DNA of 64,000 nt from Flaccisagitta enflata (lineage: Eukaryota): assembly GCA_965153355.1 (NCBI GenBank), contig OZ231126.1, positions 15,004,001 to 15,068,000 of the forward strand, written 5' to 3'. The translations under genes and the position numbers were made by a program. The notes beneath the pieces are model-generated. The model saw nothing but the letters and a program-made list of their open reading frames with translations, had not been told where the DNA came from and made no database searches. Numbering within the stretch: position 1 is the stretch's first letter; each line of letters starts with the position of its first letter. This document shows positions 52,675 to 64,000 of this stretch, piece after piece.

Positions 52675-53784
52675 CTATTTATCCGGCTTGATCTCGCCCT
52701 TTGCAATGAGCTCTGCTTCTTGCTTCTTCCATTCTGCCATGTATTCGTCATACTGTTCTTTTGTCATGGCGATGTCGCCTTGCACGATATACGGGGCGTC
52801 GCCCCCCGCGTCGGCTGATCGTCCTTGACCCATTTGATTGGCTCTTTCGATGATTTGATCTGTAAGGGAATATCAAATTAGGAACGAAGTATGGAAAGTG
52901 AAGCAAACATTAGGTGATATCAGGATTGGTGGTACTATGCGTGTAGCGTGAAAACACGCCCGACTGGACAACGAATCATCCTCTCACTGCGCGGAGTGAG
53001 CGTTGAGCCGAAAATGTATGAGGTATGATGTATATGGTTGACAAATTCTGTCAGAAATATGTACTTTTAAGTATCTAAAATGATAATAATTTCAGTGTGT
53101 GATCTCGCTATAAAACAGCGTTATAGGCTCGCTGAAAAAAAAACTGCTTTTAAAGTGGCAAAACAGACCGACAGACGGACTGACCAACATACCTAGTTCT
53201 ATAAATGCACAAATGAAATGGACAAGACGGAATCAGCGGAGTTAAAACATTCCCTAAAACATCAAGTTGAGTACAAACACTTACAAGAGAAAACCAGTTC
53301 ATGAATATGATCAAGCCTGCTTACCCATGGTCATGCCCGCCGTTTCTTCATCCTCATCATCGGAAATGTCGGGTAAATTCATGATTTCTTCCGCGGTAAG
53401 GCCCTTGATGTACTGACCGTCTTCTTCCTCTGGAACTTGCCCTGGAAAGTAGGAGTGGCGTGAGGAAATGCTTCTATCAGTTGATAAACATTTGCTATCA
53501 GTTGATAACTATTTGCTGAAAACGCTGGATTCTAGCATAAGTCATACCATCAAGCTCACCAGAAAACCAGGCAGCATTTAATGAAATGTTTAAACCCTGT
53601 TTTCAACCTGCTATAGCTCCATTTATTTATGTGCAGCAAATTTACATTTATGAGCTAGATAGTAGTACCAGCCTACCAGGGTTGTCACTAGTAACTTCCT
53701 ACCTTCCTTTTTAGCTTCCGCCATGGCAGCCACGAATACCAGGAGCGACAAACCGATTAAAATTCCTGTAAGTTCAAGTTTCAT
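52675..53784 (-). CDS. secreted 127-aa protein resembling a stand-alone astacin pro-peptide
   Basis: Exons 53784-53703, 53441-53325 and 52859-52675 with GT-AG sites join in phase: MKLELTGILIGLSLLVFVAAMAEAKKEGQVPEEEDGQYIKGLTAEEIMNLPDISDDEDEETAGMTMDQIIERANQMGQGRSADAGGDAPYIVQGDIAMTKEQYDEYMAEWKKQEAELIAKGEIKPDK*. It has a hydrophobic signal peptide, and IVQGDIAMTKEQ resembles the astacin pro-segment motif (F/Y)(E/Q)GDIxLTxEQ. Confidence 0.75.
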
Positions 53785-54180
53785 TGCAATATTCTGCGGC
53801 GCAATTTGGTACAAGAAGAAATCATGAAAAATAAATAATTCGACAAGTTGCTGTTGCATGAACGAAGAAACTTTTTCCACCTCTGCACGGGCTCAACAAA
53901 ATCAAACAACGATATAAACACCTGCCTCGTTCCGAAAGTCGATGACAGATTGACAGAAATTGAACCGATAAGATAATCTAACGATGACTAGGATCGCCGT
54001 TTAAGGATATATATGGAGGTGAGTCAGACTGACCCACAAAGATTGGGTGGGAACTTATCACAAGAGAAAGAGAAACGCACTAAGACAAATGAGGATACAA
54101 ACATAAAAATTGCAACAAATTGAGAAAAACACAAAATGCATTATGGGGAAGTAATGTTTGTAAGAAGGGAAAGATTCGTA

Positions 54181-55133
54181 TCACTTTGTCATGATTTCGA
54201 CAAATTTGACATAGTTTATTTTAAAGTCATCCCCGCCGATTCCAGCCTCTTGAAACATTTCGTCCACTTCCTCGCTCGATAACATCTCGCCAACCGTTGT
54301 CATCAGATGCCTACGAGAGGAAATTTCAACGACTTGCAATTGTAACATAACAGTCACTCAGCTGCCAATTGATTTTTGGGCGCGACAAGACACCTATATA
54401 ACTGGCTCTGTCCGTCGGTTAGTTGGTCGGTCTGTCTTTGTCTGTCTGTAACGCATTCGTTCGACGATCCACACGTCGCACCTTATTGGCCTACCTGGCC
54501 TTGTTTTATTGTTGCAGCTCATCGCTAGCGGCACTGGCTTCGGTACTTCCTGGTCATGGTAATAGCTCATCGCAAACGCCTCAGCTGCGGCGGGCACTTT
54601 GACCTTACCTTAATTCTTTGGCAGTAACATATCCTTTTTTCTGTTTGTCGTAAATTTGAAATGCCTCCAAAATTTCCTTTTTCTCCATTTTGACGTTGCG
54701 ATCGTTTTGACCGGGAATCATGGTAAGAAAGGAGGCAAAGTCGACCATTTGATGACCCGTCTGAGCTTCGACGTCTAAAAGAGAGTATCCAGATCAAAAA
54801 TGTCAACTTACAGAGACGCTAACGCTTAAACAAGAACAATTCAGGATACCAACAACTAGAGGTTTAATGAAATGTGCTTTAAGGATTAAAACAGGAAACA
54901 GTTCCTAGCAAATTGAAATACTCAATTCTTCACAACTGAGAAAAAGGTGTTCCTATGCAGCTCTTACCCAAAATAAGCTCGTCTATTTCCGCTTCGGTGA
55001 CAGTGTGGCCCAAAGCTCTGATGACAATCCCCAACTCTTCGCCCGTGATGAGACCGTCACCATCCTCGTCAAATAACGAAAACGCTTCCTTGTACTGATC
55101 GATGAGTTCTTGCGACAAGTTTATGTGCTCCAT
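54181..55133 (-). CDS. calmodulin-like EF-hand protein, 153 aa, 3 exons
   Basis: Exons 55133-54968, 54774-54609 and 54310-54181 join in phase (462 nt): [136 protein letters not shown]. It is collinear with calmodulin/CALML4 over its full length. Confidence 0.9.
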
Positions 55134-55196
55134 ATTTCCAATCCCAAACACTTCAGGTTCAAGTCGAAAATCCAATTTCAGATCCAGCGGCTGCTA

Positions 55197-55814
55197 CAGT
55201 ACCTTCCGAGCAAACCCGGCTAAAACCGGAGGATTAATTTTTATTACTTTGATTTTATTTCCCAAACTTCATTTTTTGTAGCTAACTTAATTATAAGATA
55301 TTTGATTCCTTGAACATATTTGGCTGTCAAAAAAAAAAACTCGTGAAATCAAAATGCATAAAGACATCAATATTGAGTAATCTAACCCAGACCGTTGGAT
55401 TCAGCGGAAAATTTTACCTATCCTAGAGTACAAGAACAGCTAAGTCAGATAATTATTTCAGATTCTATGGCCATTTAAAGATTTTAAAGACAATTGTCCT
55501 GAATTATTTTGAGACAATTGTCCTTAAAAGCTTTAAATGGCCATAAAATCTGAAATAATTATCTGACTGAGCTGTTCTTGTAGTCTAGGATAGGTAAAAT
55601 TTTCTGCCGAATCCAATGGTTTGGGTTAGAACACTCAATATTGATGTCTTCCTGTTTTTTGATTTCACGAGTTACTTTTTTTGACAGCCAAATATGTTCA
55701 AGGAATTAAGTATCTTTTAATTAAGTTAGATTCAAAAAATGAAGAGTGGGAAATAAAATTAAAGTATCAAAAATTAATCCTCCAGTTTTAGCCGGGTTTG
55801 CTCGGAAGGTACTG
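55197..55814. mobile_element. foldback MITE (whole-length imperfect palindrome), TA TSD
   Basis: ta|cagtaccttccgagcaaacccggctaaaa ... ttttagccgggtttgctcggaaggtactg|ta; the arms pair up to a centre near 55505. Confidence 0.85.
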
Positions 55815-56264
55815 TAGCTATCAGGATAATGTTTACTTTTAAACGAGTGTTTAAGAAATAGATAGCATCAAAACAAGGTCTGAACTCCCCGACCCAGAAC
55901 GGTCATGGAACTCTGTCAATCAAAGAAACACCAGCCGTCGTCACTGCAGGAAGAACTCCTTATGTGGGCGCGAAGACATGATACAAACACAAACCATAAA
56001 TCTGATTCACTTACGATAACAGTCAATGGACAAAACACTATAGGTGTATATATCATACCGTTTACTTTGATCTTATTTCTTGAAGAACAAAATATTGTGT
56101 GCAATGATTAACAATTGAGATTACACCCAGCTGTGATTTTACCAATTGAAATGTTACAGCTAGCTGTAATTCTCACAACCAGTCCTTTTTTACATTTTTT
56201 TGTTCATTACAGCCGACATTCATATTTCAATTTGTTTCAATGCAGCCAACTGTAATTTCAACTA

Positions 56265-56586
56265 CTGTATTTTTTCTAAAAAGCGCCCCCCCCCCCTCTT
56301 TTTTTTCTTAGTGTTATACTTTTCAGAAGAGATTTGAACAGAAACATTGAATAAAATGACGATATAAAACAACACAATGAGCCAGTTCCAAACACTTTCA
56401 AACAGATAAATGCAAGGAATATCTCCATTTTGAGTAAAATTTAGCATTTCGTTAGCCTTTCATGAAAAAGATAGACTGAATGACAGTTCATCTACAATAT
56501 AAAGGGGGCGCTAATTAAAGGGTTAAAAAGCCAAGTTTTATTTCAATTCCAAAAGCGCCCGGGGCGCTTTTTAGAAAAAATACGGT
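56265..56586. mobile_element. TA-flanked MITE (pogo/Tc1-like termini)
   Basis: ta|ctgtattttttctaaaaagcgcccc ... ggggcgctttttagaaaaaatacgg|ta. Confidence 0.65.
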
Positions 56587-57889
56587 ATTAGTTATTGCAT
56601 ACAATATTTTGTTCATTTTCATTTTCATTTTGTTCATTTCATAAAATAAGTCAGACCGTCAGTATTATTGAAGAGCCAGGAGGTTTATGAGTGAGCCACA
56701 ACTTTTTCTTTTGCATAATACAATAGTCCTCCCCCACCTTCAGTACTGTTTGTTTAATTGGGGTAATTTTAAGGGGGATAGAAACCATGGGTTAAGGGAT
56801 CGGTTATTGTCCCTTCAGAAATGTTGGTAAGAATAATATGCGGTGCAAGTCAAATCTCCCATGCTAACCCTTTGCCCATTTGAATACACTCAAGGTGGAT
56901 GACCTATTCAGTTTTCACCCAGAGTGTTAGGAATTTTTTGTACAAAATGTCCAGAGGCAGAGGTTTGCTACCGGGGGAATGTCTTTTTAGATAAAGTAGA
57001 TCACGGTCATTTGACCAGAGGGGCAGGTCGGTTAGAAGTGTTGCCCCTCAGGTATGGAATTCTCTGCAAACAGGAATGAAGCTGTCTTCCAACATTGCCT
57101 CTGTCGAGGACAGGTCCAAATCGGACCTTCTTGCCCCTTATTCTTTTTTCTCTCAGCATTTGCTTTCTTTTTGTCTTGTCTCTTTCTCATTGCGGTCTCT
57201 TTTCTATTTTTGCCGTTTTCCCTATATATATGAAAGTTGTAGACTTGGTTCCTTCTTGTTGCCCCACTTTGGGGCTGTACATATGTTGGGCATCTGTGCA
57301 TCTTCCTGTCATCGTGTGTCTTGTGTCTTCCTGTCGTTTTATTTTCCTTGTGTGATTATCTGTCTTCCTTGTGTGATTATCTGTCTGTCTCTCTCTCCTC
57401 TCTTTGTCTCTCTCTGTCAATATCTCTTCATTATTGCATCATATGCATATCAATGGCGTTGTCTTATGGACATATTTTAGGCAAATATAGGCCTATGATG
57501 CTGGAAATATTGTTGAAAATATTACTGGAGTGGAGGTTTTATTGTAGCAAGAAAATTGGCAACAGCATTGTTGAAAGATGAAGTTTGATATTTTTGCATT
57601 GTAATGTTTGATATACATTTTGTTATTGAAAGTGTTGTTCTACACAAGAGTTTACTCGCTGTTCCCAATACTTTCATATCGTTTCCTCCTTCTCTTGCAG
57701 AAACTGATTCAAAACTAACATTGTGATATATACACCTGTGTTTTGTCTATTGACTGATAAGTCCTATCAAAAAGCGATTTGAGGAGATTCAAGAAAACCT
57801 GAAAGAATTCCAAGCAGGAGAGTTCAAACGGACAAAACATCCTTAACAAAGGCAAAACCTGTTATAAACAGTTAACTGAGTCCAAAGTA

Positions 57890-57977
<88 letters not shown>

Positions 57978-57982
57978 CAGAG

Positions 57983-58047
<65 letters not shown>

Positions 58048-61000
58048 CGAAGATGTCACACACAGAGACAGATCAAGTCTAGCAGCTCCCTCACGCGCTT
58101 ATGCCGAACGGACCAAATCGTCGGGGAACAAGTTAGCAAAATCAGGCTACTCGACACTCATACCCCGTAGTATAGGGGCCGTCCCATAAAATATGACGAA
58201 CAACCGCTGCCTGTTGGTTGGTCAGTCCATCCATTGTCGGTTGCAAAGCAGTATGGACGTTTTTAGGCGTTTTTACCCGTTCAAAAATCCATCTATCACA
58301 GGGGTGTATAAAGTTGAGTAGCTTTTTATCTCTCATCCCCCCTTCCTCCGTTAGTTTACAAGCTTTCCCACATTTCTTTCGACATAAAAATCAGAAACAA
58401 AAGGTTTTTGGACTACACTTTTTTTCTTTTAAGAAAGAACATGTTATTTTTTTCTTAGGCTCAATGTTCTTATTTCTAGAGCGATTTGAGGCTCAATTTG
58501 TTCTTGGGATGTTCTTATTTTCTTTAATTGTCAGCTTATACAAGAATGGTTTAATTCTGATTGCTAATTAAAAGGATTTGAAAAATAAATTATCTATCAC
58601 TAACAAATCACATTTAAGTGTAAGACTCTTTTATGTAAACCATAACAATCACACTGTCACAATTATTTTTTTTTTACAACATTTCCCTCATTTACATAGA
58701 GCAAAAACAGGAAGAATGTGCTTATAACCCCTCCCCTATTATGAGGCTGATGATGTTCTCATAATTAAACATTTTTGTTTTTTTCAAAATCTAAGCCTCA
58801 ATGTTCTTATAAACAAGGTTCTTAGTCAAAGAAAAGAGTGTACTCAGTATTCAGGATTGATAAGGTCTTCCAATGGTCTTCATAAGTTACTCTTACACTT
58901 TTTTTATAAGAACGTCTTTTTTTTTTTAAAGGCTTCATGTTTTAATTTTTGAGGCCAAATGAAGCCTTCAATGTACTTAGAGCATTCCTAACTTGAACTA
59001 TTATACTAGTAATGGCGGCTGTCGCCATGAGGAAAAAAGTTGTAAGCATTGGTCATTTGTCACCAAGCTTTTATGTTCAATCCCTGCATTTTTTTTAATA
59101 TGTTAGATCAAATCAAAGACACACTCACAGATGAGCTGCTATGCTCATAAATATGTTTTCTTGTATTTGCATGCTCAAGAAAACATAAATACACTCTTTT
59201 ATTAATCATACTTAAAATCATAAAAAAATCGAAAAAATTCAATTTGAATTTTTCGTAAATCAATCTTTAAAAATTCATGACGCAAAAAATATTTGTCGTA
59301 GAGCGTTCTGCTTGGCGCCGAATGAAAGAACTATCAAGTTTACTTACCCTTTAAATTTCATTGGAGGCCAAGATCAGCCCTATGAGTTCCCTAACTTTCG
59401 CATAAGAAAATAAAAACCCTGTTTCTCTTGAATATGTCAAAAAGTCGAAGGCTAAACTATAGGAAACCTTATAATGTACTATTACTCTTTTAATATTACC
59501 ATAAGCAAACTTTTTCTCTCAAAATTTAAGACCTTCATATGTTCTTAAGATGTTATCAATTTTGGAGTCATTCAAAGCCTTGATGTTCTTATGAACTAGG
59601 TTCTTATAAAAAAAGAGTGTATTATTGACTGATGAATATAAAATTTTTTAAAAAATTTTTCTTCTTTTTTGACCTTAGATTTTTAGTCGCGTACTACGCG
59701 ACTCTATATGCCACTTTTTGGTCCGTCGGTCCGTCCGTCGGTCCGTCCGTCGGTCGGTCGGTCGGTCACAAAGTTGTTTTAAAGGCTATATATCAAGTTT
59801 TTCATATTTTGAGTAGTGGAGAAGAAACTTGGAGTAATGAATAGCTCTTTTTGAAAAAAATGTTGCTTGTCTGTCTGTCTGCCTGACTTTTTTTGAAAGT
59901 GCCGACGCACGCGACTTAGGTCTAATGACCTTGTTTCCCCACAATCTTCTAACTCCTTGGTTTCATTCTCAACTTTATTTACTCTTGGATTCTAACGAGA
60001 TAAGAATGTTCTTATTATCTACGCAACCTTCTACCTGGCAGGGCGGCTTAAATAAGACAAATTATCGAGAAACAAAACGGAGTTTAGGATACTATATATT
60101 TTTGATTATTCGTGAGTGAAATGACAAAATAAAGGCAAAGTGACTAGAAAATTTTATCCAATTCATGGAGATAGGCACTAGTTTAAAACGTAAGAGATAC
60201 GGCGTGATACGTAGCTTCCTTGTCATTTCGGTCGTATGAATTTCTTAATGAACTACTTTTGGGATGAAAACAAGTAACCCGGGGTTACAATATCGTCGCG
60301 GACGGGTGGGCAGCAGCGTACACCCCCAACCCCATACACACAACCAACCAACCAACGGACGGACGGACAAAGCCTCTTTTAGGGTCGCGAGTCCGCGACA
60401 AAAAAAATGTATGAAAACAAAAATGGAGCGGAAATAATTCGATAAGACTTCTTTTTTTTTCGAAAATATGGTAATAAATCTGTTTGCAATAAAATTTGAT
60501 AAATAAATCACTGAAACGCATAATGGATAAATAAATAAATAAGGGTAACGTGGCCAAAAATGACCTGGCCATGAGTAATTGGATAAACAACCGAAGGCAT
60601 AAAACAGTTTCGGACCAAAATCGATTAGGTACTGAAAAGAAGCATAACAGTATGCGTTATTTCATTTCATTAGGTCATTTCAGGGTATGTTGAATCTACC
60701 AAACTATGTTAATGAATAAGGCTACCAGTGCGATCGATTAAATAAATACTCGTTGGTCTCACGGAAAGTAAGGGGGGAGTAACGGAGTGTCAATTTGAAA
60801 AAGAAATCATTTTGGTGGTTGGCTTAAAAATATATTCAGATAAGGTACGAGGGACATACATAGGAAAGCTCTCAGGACTGAGAGAAGATAAATTCTTAGT
60901 GAGATCTTCCATGAGGAGTCCACGCGCGGTAAAGCAACTGAACGAATTGATCTACAATGAAGCGTATAACGCCTTTTAGTCATCATGCGATAAAAAAACA

Positions 61001-61091
61001 AATACTGCCAGGACCGAGCGATCGTTTGTCAACATACCCTCAGATGCGACAATGCATCTGCCGAGTCGCTTCTCTCGTGAAATCCTGCCGG

Positions 61092-61604
61092 TTGGGTGCT
61101 TCGCATAGCAAAAGTTGGTTATTTCTTTTTGCCCTCTTTACCTAATATGGAGTGACCAACTTTAGGACTTTTACTATTTTTGTTTTATCAAAAATCGTTC
61201 ATCTTCTGTTTTTTTGAAAATTGCTTTTGAGGACCTAATTTGCATAATGCAGTGGGATAAAACAACATGCTGACATTGTTTGAATCAGCTTTTATAATTT
61301 CTTATTCTTTATAGAATTGCAATTCTGCCTTTTATTTGCTCTTTCATAACTTATGTTCGGATATTTTAGTTTATTCTTACATACATCATAATTTTTAAAA
61401 ACAAATAATTGTCCTTTTTGTAACAAAACTACACAGGATTTTGCTTAATTCTGGGAAATCCTTGAAAACTTTAAGGCCAAAACAAAATGGAAGATGACAG
61501 AATTTTGAAAAAAAGAAAATGGTCATCTTTATGATTTTTGCTCCTCCACATTACGTAAGTAGGGTGAAGGGATACTCCCAACTTTTGCTATGTGAAGCAC
61601 CCAA
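61092..61604. mobile_element. Mutator-like MITE with 9-bp TSD
   Basis: TIR ttgggtgcttcgcatagcaaaagttgg / ccaacttttgctatgtgaagcacccaa; TSD TCCTGCCGG at 61083-61091 and 61605-61613. Confidence 0.8.
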
Positions 61605-62497
61605 TCCTGCCGGGAACTGGCCGATGAAAATGAGTTGAGAAATAAAACGAAGAGTTATGCTAATGATTATCATTAATGCTGAGATCTGTAAACAGAAACA
61701 CTTGGACGATCGATTGGAGACATAATCACTATTGTTTCCGGTTTTGTATCTATCGACTCAGTCCACAACATCTGCAACGAGGGATCGTGAACCAATGCTT
61801 AACGTAAACAGTTGGTCGTTCATTATGGATACCTGGTAATGGTAAAAGTCCCAACGACTCGGTTTAAATGATTTGTATAGGTTAACGAACTACAATACGT
61901 CTGCCAGGATGCCTAGAAGAGCCAAGGTTGAACTTGGACTGGCAATAAGGTTTTTCCTTTGGCAAAATGCTTTCAAATGAGCTATTGCACAACTCTCAAC
62001 TCAACCAGGAACCATCTTCAGGGTGATTTTAGGAATTATACTATCATTGCAATCTGTACTTCGATTTTGCAATTTCTGTTTCTCTTATTCATACGTATGA
62101 AAACTTGAAAGTCTCGCAGTAGCTCATAAAATTTTGCAACATCATTGCCGAGCAAAGTTCAATTTTGGCTTCTCAAGGCACCCTGGCAGGCTTACATTGG
62201 GTGAATCGTCATAATTTCAAGATCTGCGACTCATCGAGAACAGTCGTGACCATTCGGTATGACGAAAGAAAGAATGAACGATCGAGTTCAAAACAGAAAT
62301 CCATCGAAAAGGGTGAAGACACTGTTATAGAAACTTGTTGAGTCAAGAGACGAATCCATTCACTCTTTTTTTTAACAATAATCGGGAAACGAATGAATTC
62401 CTGACTCGCTCATTCTCCGCGGCCAGCTCGCGCCAGAGTCATCACTCCTTTCCGACGATCAAAGAAGTCTCTTTCTCTTCGGAAGACTCGTAAATTT

Positions 62498-64000
62498 TCA
62501 CTCCTTTCCGACGATCAAAGAAGTCTCTTTCTCTTCGGAAGACTCGTAAATTTTCCGCGCGTCAGCCGATGCCAATCCATCCGAGGTCGAAGTCGTGGTT
62601 TCCGGCAGCAACAAGTCACCCATGTCAATCATAACGTCCAATTGCTTGGACACGATCTCAGATTTGGTAACGGCGTCTTCAAAGTTTTTTCTCGTCAATC
62701 CTTCGATAATGGAAGAGGAAGACGACCCGGAAAGGGGTGACGTGATGGAATTCAGCAGAGACGGCGACATCTGAGACTGAACCGGGAAAAGTGGGTAGTT
62801 GGATTTATTTTCTTCTGACAGCTAATGTTTCTCCCTGGATCTGTTTCTTACCTTGACATCTTTCAAACTGCCAATCAACCAATTATCCATCAAGCCAATC
62901 AACCATCCATCAAGCCAATCAACCAACCATCCATCAAGCCAATCAACCAACCATCCATCAAGCCAATCAACCAACCATCCATCAAGCCAATCAACCAACC
63001 ATCCATCAAGCCAATCAACCAACCATCCATCAAGCCAATCCACCAACCATCCATCAAGCCAATCCACCAACCATCCATCCATCAAACCAATAAACCAATA
63101 ATCCATCCATCAAGCCAATCCACCAATCATCCATCCATCAAGCCAACCAATCATCCATCCATCTATCAAGCCAACCAATCATCCATCCATCAAGCCAATC
63201 AACCAACCATCCATTCAACAAGCCAATTAACCAACCATCCATCAAGCCAATCAACCAACCATCTATCCATCAAGCCAATCAACCAACCATCCATCCATCC
63301 ATCAAGCCAATCAACCAACCATCCATCCATCCATCAAGCCAATCAACCGACCATCCATCCATCAAGCCAATCAACCAACCATCCATCAAGCCAATTAACC
63401 AACCATCCCAGCCAATTGACCAACCATCCATCAAGCCAATCAACCAACCATCAAGCCAAACAACCAACCATCCATCAAGCCAATCAACCATCCATCCATC
63501 CATCAAGCCAATCAACCAACTATCCATCAAGCCAAACATCCATCAAGCCAATCAACCAAGTCCTGTGCCAATCAACCAACTATTGTGCCAATCAATCAAC
63601 CAACCATTTTTCCAATGAGCCGTCGTAAACCTCTCCATTACTATTCCTTACTCTGAATCAAACTTTTTCACACAGCTTAGTCTTTCAGCAACATGATATC
63701 ACAGCACACCTGTCGCGAGTGAGATCGTCTATCCGACGGTGGTCTCGACAGCTGGCTTTGCTGCGATCGACTTCGTTGTTGTTGCTGCTGCTGCATTGTA
63801 GAGACGGGTTGAGAGGATGATCTTTGTGATTGCGAGCTCAACTGAGATTGGCTCCTCATTCGTTGCGACGCCTGACTGGCGTGGCTCAGTTCCGATTGAC
63901 AACGACTCGTCTCCAATAGGGGACGTAACATCGAAGCTAATCCGTTAGCATTAGATACGGCCAATAATCCCCCGCTGTTTTTAAACCGTTGCGCTCCTTG
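62498..64000 (-). CDS. 3' part (last two exons) of an unidentified Ser/Gln-rich protein; gene continues beyond the window
   Basis: Open frame from the window end to a phase-0 donor (..RQ|gtgtgc, exon end 63710), then acceptor at 62776 or 62770 into a 90-aa ORF ending TGA at 62498. The intron is filled with CCAT/CCAA repeats. No recognisable domain. Confidence 0.55.
62870..63605. repeat. intronic CCAT/CAAGCCAATCAACCAA minisatellite
   Basis: Read directly; ~24-bp degenerate units. Confidence 0.9.

Noticed and set aside
63900-64000. Ric-8-like motif (..GGLLA..GL)
   Set aside because: It lacks the TGYGNAAG core; the resemblance is too short.

Overview
Microsatellite- and transposon-rich, intron-containing animal DNA, probably an invertebrate; the species cannot be determined from the window. 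Host genes spliced by hand are a 9-exon SLC37-family sugar-phosphate exchanger (+, 2.5-12.9 kb), a 7-exon EEF2KMT/FAM86-type lysine methyltransferase (-, 35.2-40.3 kb), a 3-exon secreted 127-aa protein that looks like a free-standing astacin pro-peptide (-, 52.7-53.8 kb), a 3-exon calmodulin-like gene (-, 54.2-55.1 kb) and the 3' end of an unidentified gene (-, >62.5 kb). The centre holds a nested insertion. A full-length Jockey/I-type LINE (-, 15545-31500) has intact ORF1/ORF2 and an exact Inr+DPE internal promoter, and is flanked by a ~1.36-kb direct duplication of host DNA that has the geometry of a giant target-site duplication. A young non-autonomous Bel/Pao LTR element (15806-24408) sits in the LINE 3' UTR. 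That element has no tRNA primer-binding site; the 11 nt right after its 5' LTR are complementary to the first 11 nt of its predicted transcript, which is the geometry of Tf1-type self-priming. The rest is MITEs/foldbacks (TA, 4-, 8- and 9-bp TSDs), Helentron/DINE-1-like repeats, a palindromic 24-bp satellite and simple repeats. All alignments and family calls were made by eye; no database search was run.
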